From positions 1 through 57,143 of the forward strand of contig JAJRZV010000130.1 of NCBI GenBank assembly GCA_024275095.1: DNA of 57,143 nt, read 5' to 3'. The notes below the pieces were generated by a model. That model worked only from the letters and a program-made list of their open reading frames with translations, was not told the DNA's origin and ran no database searches. This document shows, one piece after another, positions 49,057-57,143 of this stretch. Numbering within the stretch: position 1 is the first letter of the stretch; each line of letters begins with the position of its first letter. The stretch comes from a bacterium (GTDB lineage Bacteria; JAJRZV01). The translations under genes and the position numbers were made by a program.

Positions 49057-49365
49057 ATGGTAGATTCAAAACGTCCTGATGATGAATATTTTGTAAAGCT
49101 TGATCAGAAGAAACTTCAGGAGTTGCGTCGCAAGCTTAATGAGGAGCGAGAACGTTTAAAGAGACAAATGGAAAAGGAACTTCACTGGATGAAGTGTCCC
49201 AAGTGCGGTGCTGATCTGCAGGAGGAACTTCTCAGGGGTATTGTTGTGGATGTGTGCACGTCGTGTGGTGGTATATGGTTTGACAAGGGAGAACTGGACC
49301 TGCTTCTGGGCAGGGAATCCGCTTTTGTAGAATCCTTGATGGCCATGCTGAGGAAGAAGAGATGA
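49057..49365 (+). CDS. zf-TFIIB-type zinc-ribbon protein
   Basis: CPKCG...VDVCTSCGGIWFDKGEL. Confidence 0.85.
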   Translation: MVDSKRPDDEYFVKLDQKKLQELRRKLNEERERLKRQMEKELHWMKCPKCGADLQEELLRGIVVDVCTSCGGIWFDKGELDLLLGRESAFVESLMAMLRKKR

Positions 49366-49652
49366 AGGAACTTTCGCGCGAAGAGGTTTTGAAGATTGCC
49401 CGGCTGGCTCGACTGGAACTTGAGGACAAGGAGATAGAGACCCTTCGGCGCGAGCTCGGGGCCATTCTTGGTTATGTGGCACGATTGGGCGAGGCTGGTG
49501 CGGATAATCTTGACCCCACATTTCAGACCCTGGCGAAACCCACCCCCATGCGAGAGGATGAGCCGGACGAACCGCTCGGAGCAGACGGGGTTCTTGCCAA
49601 TGCTCCGCGTAAAAAGGACGGCTTTTTTGTTGTTCCCAAGGTCATTGAGTAA
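49362..49652 (+). CDS. gatC: Asp/Glu-tRNA amidotransferase subunit C
   Basis: [23 protein letters not shown]. Confidence 0.95.
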   Translation: MKELSREEVLKIARLARLELEDKEIETLRRELGAILGYVARLGEAGADNLDPTFQTLAKPTPMREDEPDEPLGADGVLANAPRKKDGFFVVPKVIE

Positions 49653-49660
49653 GGAAGGAG

Positions 49661-51121
49661 ATGGATCTTTATCGCTTAGGCGCATGGCAGTTGAGGGAAT
49701 TGTTGAAAAAGAGGGAAGTCTCACCCCTTGAGGTGGTAAAAGCTCTGCTTCAGCGCATAAAGGAAAAAGACGGGCGGATCAACGCGTTTCTTACCGTTGA
49801 CGAAGAGGGTGCTCTGGAACAGGCCCGCCGGTCAGAGGCACTGATTCAGGACGTGGAGCAGTATCCACTCGCCGGTGTACCTGTGGGAATTAAGGATGTT
49901 CTGGTGACATGGGGACTGCGTACAACCGCAGGTTCGCGTATGCTTGAAAATTTTGTTCCTCCGTATGATGCCACTGCAGTAAAGCGTCTCAAAGAAGCCG
50001 GTGCCATTATCATCGGTAAGCTCAACATGGACGAGTTCGCCATGGGCTCGTCGAATGAGAATTCTGCCTTTGGACCGGTGCACAATCCGTATGACCTGCA
50101 AAGAGTTCCAGGGGGCTCCAGCGGTGGTTCTGCTGCTGCTGTTGCAGCAGGACTTGTGCCGGTGGCACTGGGTAGTGACACGGGAGGTTCAATCCGCCAG
50201 CCAGCTGCTTTTTGCGGTATTGTGGGATTGAAGCCCACGTACGGTCGAGTGTCACGATTCGGGCTCATCGCCTTTGCATCTTCACTGGATCAGGTGGGTC
50301 CGATGACGCGGAACGTGCGTGATGCAGCACTGCTGTATCGCGTTATTTCCGGACATGACCCTGCCGATTCCACTTCAGCACAGCTGCCTCCCCACGATGT
50401 GCTGGATGTGGTTGAGAACAGTCAATCGCTTAAAGGCCTTAAAATCGCCGTGCCATGGAAGGAGCTGGAAGGTGCTGACGAAATTGTGAAGGACCGATTC
50501 GAACGTGTTGTGGAGACTCTTCGTTCCCTCGGTGCAGAGGTGGGGGAAGTTGAGATGCCGTCCTTCAGGTATGCGGTTGCTGTTTACTACATCATTGCCC
50601 CTTCTGAGGCGAGCAGCAATCTTGCCCGTTACGATGGCGTAAAGTACGGCCTGCGGATAGAGGGAGAAGACCTGGTGGATACGTATTTTAAAACCCGTGG
50701 CAGGGGTTTTGGGCGTGAGGTCAAACGACGCATAATGCTGGGTACGTACGCACTTTCGGCCGGTTATTACGATGCGTACTATTTGAAGGCCCAACGCGTG
50801 AGAACGTTGATTAAACAGGACTTCGAAAATGTATTTGCCGAACATGACCTTGTCATCATGCCCACTTCACCCACTCCAGCGTTCAAGATCGGAGAGAAAA
50901 TTCAGGATCCCCTGACCATGTATTTAAATGATATTTTTACCATTCCCGCCAACCTTGCCGGTGTTCCCGCCATTTCCCTTCCGTGCGGATTTTCACCCGA
51001 GGGTTTGCCCGTGGGTTTCCAGTTCATGGGACCGCTTTTTAAAGAAGATGTGCTTTTTGCAGCTGCAGCAGCTTATGAAAAAGCTCGCGGCGAATATTTC
51101 AACCGGGTAGCAGAAATATGA
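49661..51121 (+). CDS. gatA: Asp/Glu-tRNA amidotransferase subunit A
   Basis: Amidase signature [27 protein letters not shown]. Confidence 0.97.
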   Translation: MDLYRLGAWQLRELLKKREVSPLEVVKALLQRIKEKDGRINAFLTVDEEGALEQARRSEALIQDVEQYPLAGVPVGIKDVLVTWGLRTTAGSRMLENFVPPYDATAVKRLKEAGAIIIGKLNMDEFAMGSSNENSAFGPVHNPYDLQRVPGGSSGGSAAAVAAGLVPVALGSDTGGSIRQPAAFCGIVGLKPTYGRVSRFGLIAFASSLDQVGPMTRNVRDAALLYRVISGHDPADSTSAQLPPHDVLDVVENSQSLKGLKIAVPWKELEGADEIVKDRFERVVETLRSLGAEVGEVEMPSFRYAVAVYYIIAPSEASSNLARYDGVKYGLRIEGEDLVDTYFKTRGRGFGREVKRRIMLGTYALSAGYYDAYYLKAQRVRTLIKQDFENVFAEHDLVIMPTSPTPAFKIGEKIQDPLTMYLNDIFTIPANLAGVPAISLPCGFSPEGLPVGFQFMGPLFKEDVLFAAAAAYEKARGEYFNRVAEI

Positions 51122-52563
51122 AAGGCGATTACGAAGCAGTTATAGGACTTGAAATTCACGTGCAGATGTCCACCCGGACAAAGATGTTTTGTTCGTGTCC
51201 TGTTGAGTTCGGTGCTCCACCCAATCAGAACACGTGTCCTGTGTGCACGGGAATGCCGGGGGTGCTTCCCGTGATAAACGCCAGGGCTGTGGAATATGCA
51301 GTGAAAGCAGCGCTTGCGCTCGGTGCAAAAGTTAATCTTAAAAGTGTAATGGCCAGAAAAAATTACTTCTACCCGGATTTGCCCAAAGGGTACCAGATTT
51401 CACAATATGAACTCCCTCTTGCAGAAGGGGGGCAGGTGGTAATTGAAACAGAGAACGGTGAGAAGGTTATTCGTCTTGTCAGGCTTCATATTGAAGAGGA
51501 TGCCGGCAAACTCATTCATGATGAGAAGGGTGAGAGTCTTGTGGATCTCAATCGTGCGGGCACTCCGCTGATGGAAATTGTAACCATGCCGGACCTTTCC
51601 AGTCCTCAAGAAGCCAGTGCTTTTATGCGGGAAGTCAGGAAAATCATGAGGTACCTGGGCATTTCCGAGGGTGATATGGAAAAAGGACATTTGAGGTGTG
51701 ACGCCAATGTTTCTGTCCGACGCAGGGGAGAGGCACAGCTGGGCACGAAGACGGAAGTAAAAAACATGAACTCCTTTCGGTTCGTTGAGAAGGCGCTGGA
51801 ATACGAAATACGGAGACAAGTTCAGATTCTGGAGGAGGGTGGGGAAGTTGTTCAGGAAACGCGTCTTTTCGACCCTTCAACAGGGACGACCAGGTCAATG
51901 CGGTCCAAAGAGGAAGCGCACGATTATCGCTACTTTCCCGATCCAGACCTCATACCCCTTGTTCTTGATAAGAACTGGGTGGACCGCATTGAAGAAAATT
52001 TACCCGAACTCCCGCGTGCCAAGAAAGAGCGTTACATCAAAGAGTTGAACCTTCCTCCTTACGATGCAGGCGTTCTCACTGAAACAAAGGAAATTGCAGA
52101 GTTTTTTGAAAAGGTGGTTGCCGAGGGGGTCAGTCCCAAGAAGGCAAGCAACTGGGTGATGGTGGAAGTGATGCGGATTATTAAGGAAAAAGAATTAAAT
52201 ATCAGGCATCTCGCATTGAGTCCATCCAGTCTTGCAAAACTCATACGCATGGTAGAAGAGGGGAAACTCACGGGGAATATGGCAAAAGACGTTCTGGATG
52301 TGTGTGCTTCTACTGGGAAAGACCCTGAAGAAGTGGCACAGGAGAAGGGTTATGAGGTGCTTTCGGATGAAGGTGAGCTGGAAAGTGTGGTTAGAAAAAT
52401 TGTGGATGAGCATCCGGACGAGGTGCAAAAGTACCTTTCGGGCAAAGATAAAATCATCGGGTGGTTTGTGGGGCAGGTGATGAGAGAGCTGAAAGGGAAG
52501 GCTGATCCGCGAAAGGCCGGTGAGCTTGTGCGTCGAATCCTCAACGAAAAGAAAGGGTCTTGA
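51118..52563 (+). CDS. gatB: Asp/Glu-tRNA amidotransferase subunit B
   Basis: [40 protein letters not shown]. Confidence 0.97.
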   Translation: MKGDYEAVIGLEIHVQMSTRTKMFCSCPVEFGAPPNQNTCPVCTGMPGVLPVINARAVEYAVKAALALGAKVNLKSVMARKNYFYPDLPKGYQISQYELPLAEGGQVVIETENGEKVIRLVRLHIEEDAGKLIHDEKGESLVDLNRAGTPLMEIVTMPDLSSPQEASAFMREVRKIMRYLGISEGDMEKGHLRCDANVSVRRRGEAQLGTKTEVKNMNSFRFVEKALEYEIRRQVQILEEGGEVVQETRLFDPSTGTTRSMRSKEEAHDYRYFPDPDLIPLVLDKNWVDRIEENLPELPRAKKERYIKELNLPPYDAGVLTETKEIAEFFEKVVAEGVSPKKASNWVMVEVMRIIKEKELNIRHLALSPSSLAKLIRMVEEGKLTGNMAKDVLDVCASTGKDPEEVAQEKGYEVLSDEGELESVVRKIVDEHPDEVQKYLSGKDKIIGWFVGQVMRELKGKADPRKAGELVRRILNEKKGS

Positions 52564-53600
52564 AAGAACAGGCATTTTTTACCATTTCCTGGAAAGATGA
52601 AAAAATAATTGTTCTGGACCAGCGGCTGCTGCCGACCGAAGAGAAATATGTTGAGCTCGGATGCGTGGAGGAAGTGCATCGGGCCATTCGCAATATGGTC
52701 GTTCGTGGTGCCCCCCTTATCGGTGTTACAGCCGCCTATGGCGTTGCCCTTGCTGCCGTGAAGGCTTCGCGTGGAAGGGTGCGCTCAGATGTAAAAGCAG
52801 CCGTTGAGTTTTTGAAAACCTCTCGTCCCACCGCTGTCAATCTTTTCTGGGCTTTAGAACGCATGGAAAGAGTCCTGCAAAAGGATTGCACTGAAGAGGA
52901 CCTTGTAAAATGTCTTGTAGAAGAAGCACGGCTTATTGAAAAAGAAGATGTTGAGTCCAATCAGTGCATCGGTGAATTCGGCGCCGAACTTCTAAAAGAT
53001 GGGTTTCGTGTTCTCACTCATTGCAATGCCGGTGCTCTTGCAACTGCAGGCTGGGGAACAGCACTGGGTGTGGTGAGAAGCGCAGTTGCATCAGGCAAAC
53101 GGGTACATGTGTATGCAGATGAAACCAGACCTGTCCTTCAGGGTGCAAGGCTTACCGCCTGGGAACTCATGAAGGATGGAATACCTGTGACCCTCATTCC
53201 CGACAATGCCGCGGCTTTTCTCATGGAAAAGGGCCGCGTGGACTGCGTGATTGTGGGGGCCGACCGCATCGCCGCCAACGGGGACGTGGCCAACAAAATA
53301 GGCACATTGAAACTCGCCATAGCTGCCAGGTACTACGATATTCCCTTTTATGTGGCAGCCCCTCGCAGCACGATTGATTATGAAGTTTCGTGTGGAGAGG
53401 AAATCCCCATTGAAGAACGCTCCCCGGATGAGGTGAAGAACATCGCAACGTGCAAAATTGCCCCTTGTGATGTAGGTGTATGGAATCCTGCTTTTGACGT
53501 AACGCCTGCAGAACTCGTTACAGCGATCGTAACCGATTATGGTGTGCTCGCCCCACCGTTTGAAAAGAGCATTGAGAGGATCAGATACCTGGAGCGGTGA
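52560..53600 (+). CDS. mtnA: Methylthioribose-1-phosphate isomerase
   Basis: VRGAPLIG, RPTAVNL, LTHCNAGALAT, ETRP.LQGARLT, NPAFDVTP. Confidence 0.96.
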   Translation: MKEQAFFTISWKDEKIIVLDQRLLPTEEKYVELGCVEEVHRAIRNMVVRGAPLIGVTAAYGVALAAVKASRGRVRSDVKAAVEFLKTSRPTAVNLFWALERMERVLQKDCTEEDLVKCLVEEARLIEKEDVESNQCIGEFGAELLKDGFRVLTHCNAGALATAGWGTALGVVRSAVASGKRVHVYADETRPVLQGARLTAWELMKDGIPVTLIPDNAAAFLMEKGRVDCVIVGADRIAANGDVANKIGTLKLAIAARYYDIPFYVAAPRSTIDYEVSCGEEIPIEERSPDEVKNIATCKIAPCDVGVWNPAFDVTPAELVTAIVTDYGVLAPPFEKSIERIRYLER

Positions 53601-54205
53601 ACGCTTTTGCAAATAACAGTGTGCTGATTCTGTCTGTCGTTGCAGCGGGAACGCTTCATATTTTTATACCCATTCACTGGGTGGCATTCGTCAGCGAAGG
53701 TAAACGCAGGAATATGAGCTCCTCTCGGGTGCTGTTTTATTCTACTTTTTCTGCGTGTGTGCACGTGTCATCCACCTCATTTCTCGCTGTACTGGGTTTC
53801 GTGGCGGGAAGGGGTACGGTGGATATTGCTGGCAGATATGCAAACATTGTCACAGCTTTGCTCCTCTGTCTGCTGGCCGTGTGGATCATGTGGTCCCGGA
53901 ATCGTCCAGCGCATGAACACAAAGTGGCATCCAGAACCATGTGGGGCATCACTTTTGCTGCAGGACTGCATCCCAGTATAGAAGTGGCGGTCCTGTTCAT
54001 GTCCTTTCCATCGGTTGATGCGGCTGTGGCTGGATGGTTTTTTTACGCTGTTTCAGTGCTTCTTGTCCAGGCTGTACTTGTTACTGCATCGCTGCGTCTT
54101 GCTGAACTTTCCCTTACCTGGATGGTGAAACGGGGGAAATTGATCACCAGTGTCGTGCTCCTCGCCGTAGCAGTGTACGTGGTTACAGGAGGTCATTCAG
54201 GTTGA
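53597..54205 (+). CDS. Integral membrane protein, possible Ni/Co transporter-like
   Basis: About 6 TM segments, LH..IP.HW motif in TM1, His-containing loop. Confidence 0.6.
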   Translation: MNAFANNSVLILSVVAAGTLHIFIPIHWVAFVSEGKRRNMSSSRVLFYSTFSACVHVSSTSFLAVLGFVAGRGTVDIAGRYANIVTALLLCLLAVWIMWSRNRPAHEHKVASRTMWGITFAAGLHPSIEVAVLFMSFPSVDAAVAGWFFYAVSVLLVQAVLVTASLRLAELSLTWMVKRGKLITSVVLLAVAVYVVTGGHSG

Positions 54206-55077
54206 AAATTATCGGGGTGGACGAGAACGGTTACGGTCCGGTAATGGGCCCCCTGGTGGTGACGGGGGTTTGTGTGGAAATAAAACGCCCGGAGGCAGAC
54301 CGTGTTAAAAACGATGTGTTTCACCTTCGAAAATTCGCATTCGGAGATTTGAAGGAGAGCAAATCCACCTTTTCAAAAACCGGCGCGCGTGAGAAAGCCG
54401 CTCACCTCTTGTTTGAAGCCTCAAATAACCTTGCGCATTTTGTTGTGCTTCCCTCACCTTCGTTGAAAAATTGCTCTCGAGAAGAAGCTTCCTTTTGCAT
54501 TTCTCCACAGGAACTGTGCAGTCGCGTTTGGGACCTTTTCAGATCCACACGCATGGTCGCGAGTATTGATGACTGTTTCAGCTACCGGGGTGTTGTTTGT
54601 GCTCTTGTGTGTCCCCGGGATTTTAATGCGTATCTTCGCCAGGAAGGCAAAAAGTCACGTGTGCTTGTAAGGGTTCTTGATGAAATCGTTTCAAGTTTTG
54701 AACTGGACGGTGAAACCCTTGTTGTGTGTGACAACCTTGGTGGAACGAAACATTATTCCAGGGTTTTCCCCGAAAAATTCTGTGACGAACATCTAGGACA
54801 GGGGTATGTACAAACGCAAATGATCCTCAGCACCGGAAGAACTGTGCCTGTACTGTTTGCCGTAAGGGGGGATCAGCAGTTTCCGATTGTGGCTCTTGCT
54901 TCTAACATAGGAAAACTGATGAGAGAAATTGCCATGGACGCGCTTAATGAAGGTTTGGCCCGCGATGGATGGAAGGGGAAGCGCGTTAGCGGTTACCGCG
55001 ACATCTTTACGCGCGGTGCAGTAAGGTTCTTGCGCGAGCGTCCTTTTTCTACTGAATGCCTGTTCCGCGCCAGGTAA
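54202..55077 (+). CDS. Ribonuclease HII-like protein
   Basis: IGVDENGYGPVMGPLVV, ESK, CD, GD..FPIVALAS..GK..R, SGY. Confidence 0.75.
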   Translation: MKIIGVDENGYGPVMGPLVVTGVCVEIKRPEADRVKNDVFHLRKFAFGDLKESKSTFSKTGAREKAAHLLFEASNNLAHFVVLPSPSLKNCSREEASFCISPQELCSRVWDLFRSTRMVASIDDCFSYRGVVCALVCPRDFNAYLRQEGKKSRVLVRVLDEIVSSFELDGETLVVCDNLGGTKHYSRVFPEKFCDEHLGQGYVQTQMILSTGRTVPVLFAVRGDQQFPIVALASNIGKLMREIAMDALNEGLARDGWKGKRVSGYRDIFTRGAVRFLRERPFSTECLFRAR

Positions 55078-55288
55078 CAGGATCAATCGCTTGCCGGTAC
55101 AGGAGCGGAAAAAGAAGTGAAGCGCTTTTGACTCCTAAGAAGATTGTTTCTTTCACGGAGTGCCGGGTTCCCGGGGCGGAGAGGGAGCAGCAGGCAGGTG
55201 CTTTTCTATGGCACCCGTGCAGGGCTTGATATGATCGTGATGTAAGTGGTAAAAATTGGCCCGTTATTTTCTTTCTCAGGAGGCAGAA

Positions 55289-55816
55289 ATGACGGTGGAA
55301 GAGCTCAAGGCGAAAATCAGGGAAATTCCTGACTTTCCCAAAAAGGGAATTCTATTTTATGACATCACCACCCTTATCCGTGACGGTAAATACTTCAAAG
55401 AAGCGATTGACATGATGTGCCAGCAATACAAGGGCCAGAAAATAGACGGGATACTGGCCATAGAGGCGCGGGGACTTATCATCGGCTCGGCCATGGCATA
55501 TAGGCTCGGGTGCGGTGTGATCCCCATGCGTAAGAAAGGAAAACTGCCCTTTCGCACGATTGTCGCTACCTATGAACTGGAATACGGGACGGACGAGGCG
55601 GAGATTCACGAAGACGCAATTTCGAAAGGCGAAAACATTTTGATAGTTGATGACCTGCTGGCCACGGGGGGTACGGCCTCTGCTGCCGTGCAGCTTGTTG
55701 AAAAAGCCGGCGGCAACCCCCTCGGATGCTGCTTCCTCGTGGAACTGACAAATTTAAAGGGACGGGAAAAGCTGTTTCCCGTCCCTGTATTTTCCCTCAT
55801 TCAGTACGAAGAATAG
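55289..55816 (+). CDS. apt: Adenine phosphoribosyltransferase
   Basis: IPDFPKKGILFYDIT, EARG, RKKGKLP, YELEYG, VDDLLATGGT; AGGAGG RBS. Confidence 0.97.
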   Translation: MTVEELKAKIREIPDFPKKGILFYDITTLIRDGKYFKEAIDMMCQQYKGQKIDGILAIEARGLIIGSAMAYRLGCGVIPMRKKGKLPFRTIVATYELEYGTDEAEIHEDAISKGENILIVDDLLATGGTASAAVQLVEKAGGNPLGCCFLVELTNLKGREKLFPVPVFSLIQYEE

Positions 55817-55823
55817 CTTTTTA

Positions 55824-57143
55824 TCAGAACTGACTGCACACGTCGTCCGAAGATGTGGCGCTTTCAAAATCGTTCACAGGTATTATTCTGGAGATGCGTC
55901 CTGAAGAATCGACTTCGAATTCTATCACCCGCCATACGTCGTTGGAGGTGCTGTCGGGATTGAATGACGGCACATTGTAAGTGTAAAGCCAGGAAGAATT
56001 CAGGTCGAGAAATGTCACTTTCGCTTCAGAGTTTTCAATAGGCCACTCGTCCTGCCCCGAGTAATTGTGTATACAGTATACATATTTTCCAGGGGTCAGT
56101 TTTGTAATGGTAATGATTTCAGGCCCGTAACTGGAAGTATCGTCAGTGTCCAGTGCGGCGAAGGGGCTGCTGCTGAGGCTGCCCATATCACCGTAATATA
56201 CGTGATACGTATTGCCGGAACCATCTGGCAGAGGTCCTCTCAGATGACTGTCAAGATCGGAAGGTTTTTCTCCCCAGGTGAGTGTGATCTGCACCAGCGG
56301 CACTGCGTCAATGATCAGGTCTCCAATGTCTATTTCTTCTCCAGGTGCAGGTGTATCAACTGTGACGGTGGAACTGATTGTAGAGCCCTTTCTCGCCCAT
56401 ACTTTCGCCCGGGCGTTTGCCTTCACAGGAATGCGAAATGTTCCGTCCGAACGTGTGTACACATTGCTTGAACCGCTGTAATTGACGCCTTCGTGGAGCA
56501 CCTGTGCCCAGGCCACCGGCTCTCCGTCTGCAGTAATTACCCTGCCCGTTATATAGGCCGTATCATAGGGCATGTCCACGTTCCAGTAGGTAAAATGAGC
56601 CACAGTTGCTTTGTAGGAGTCAGTATTTGCATCGTATGTTGCAGTGCCTTCCTGGTGCCAGACCCCGTCAGCCTGGTCGTAATACCAGAGAGGAATTTCA
56701 GCAGGAGGTGTGCCTCCAAGGGAATTTGCAGGAATAACGATTTCTGCAGTCTGACCCGGGGCGAGCTGAAGTGGCTCGTCACCCTGCCAGAGTTCTACGT
56801 TGATGAATCCGAACGTTTCAAAGCGCACGACATTGCCGGATGCATCAATGCCTTTGAAATCTCCAGGAAACGCCTGGAGGTTTTCGGAGGATGTCGGATC
56901 GAAATAGGTAAGGTTAACCTCCACATCCCCTGTCACCGTATTACCGCTTGAGTCCACAATTCCGTTTGCTGGAATCTGGACCGAAGCTCCTCCGGTACTT
57001 AGCGTACCACCTGAGGTCGCACTGATTGTCGTCGATATACCGGTTTCTATAAGGGTGGCACTGAGGTACACAGAGGTCCCGGTCGGTATTTCAACGAGCC
57101 GATACGTGCGGTTGTACCCTTCCTTGGAGAACGAAACCACCAC
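55824..57143 (-). CDS. Extracellular/lipoprotein-type protein with Ig-like and YfaP-like C-terminal domain (5' end outside window)
   Basis: PLWYYD..G.W..EG, HFTYWNVD, LTWGEKPSDLDSHL, LDTDDTSSYGPEIITI. Confidence 0.75.
   Translation of the reverse strand: MVVSFSKEGYNRTYRLVEIPTGTSVYLSATLIETGISTTISATSGGTLSTGGASVQIPANGIVDSSGNTVTGDVEVNLTYFDPTSSENLQAFPGDFKGIDASGNVVRFETFGFINVELWQGDEPLQLAPGQTAEIVIPANSLGGTPPAEIPLWYYDQADGVWHQEGTATYDANTDSYKATVAHFTYWNVDMPYDTAYITGRVITADGEPVAWAQVLHEGVNYSGSSNVYTRSDGTFRIPVKANARAKVWARKGSTISSTVTVDTPAPGEEIDIGDLIIDAVPLVQITLTWGEKPSDLDSHLRGPLPDGSGNTYHVYYGDMGSLSSSPFAALDTDDTSSYGPEIITITKLTPGKYVYCIHNYSGQDEWPIENSEAKVTFLDLNSSWLYTYNVPSFNPDSTSNDVWRVIEFEVDSSGRISRIIPVNDFESATSSDDVCSQF

Noticed and set aside
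55170-55200. SRP RNA (ffs), suggested by GAGAGGGAGCAGC near apt
   Set aside because: The 5' side lacks the CAGG-N-CC needed to close the helix-8 tetraloop.
55209-55225. TGGCAC possible sigma54 promoter before apt
   Set aside because: No GC at the -12 position; the GG-N10-GC spacing fails.
1-57143. Genome-wide stop-codon reassignment suggested by three internal stops
   Set aside because: TAA, TAG and TGA all terminate conserved genes at the expected positions (era TAA, gatC TAA, apt TAG, der TGA), and internal stops are very rare.
1-57143. tRNA, rRNA or CRISPR arrays
   Set aside because: None recognised in the short intergenic regions by eye; no covariance search could be run.

Overview
Bacterial chromosomal window whose gene content resembles a deltaproteobacterium (inferred, not established). 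The flanks are housekeeping: yihY-der-era-rnc-mtaB-mnmA-iscS, a GcvH paralog, pgsA/mlaC/tolC-like genes and nrdJ on the left; an XPB helicase pair, dctP, gatCAB, mtnA, rnhB-like and apt on the right. Between them lies a ~27 kb multiheme-cytochrome locus (14.4-41.0 kb) that looks like an extracellular electron transfer or cytochrome-nanowire system. It holds two OmcE-like tetraheme cytochromes, two candidate outer-membrane barrels, three NHL propellers, periplasmic 3-, 4-, 4-, 8- and 13-heme cytochromes, a 1429-aa Ig-domain multiheme protein, and a ~1600-codon surface protein fused, after an internal CFI-box-like sorting signal and a second signal peptide, to a pentaheme cytochrome. It also carries a CcsA heme lyase, a CxxCH-bearing sensor kinase with a sigma54 activator, and three sigma54 -24/-12 promoters. 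I count 57 canonical CxxCH motifs by eye. The locus ends at a Y1/RAYT transposase with perfect 24-bp terminal inverted repeats. Four genes have single lesions (three in-frame stops, one homopolymer frameshift) and one heme motif reads CxxCP; these may be consensus errors.
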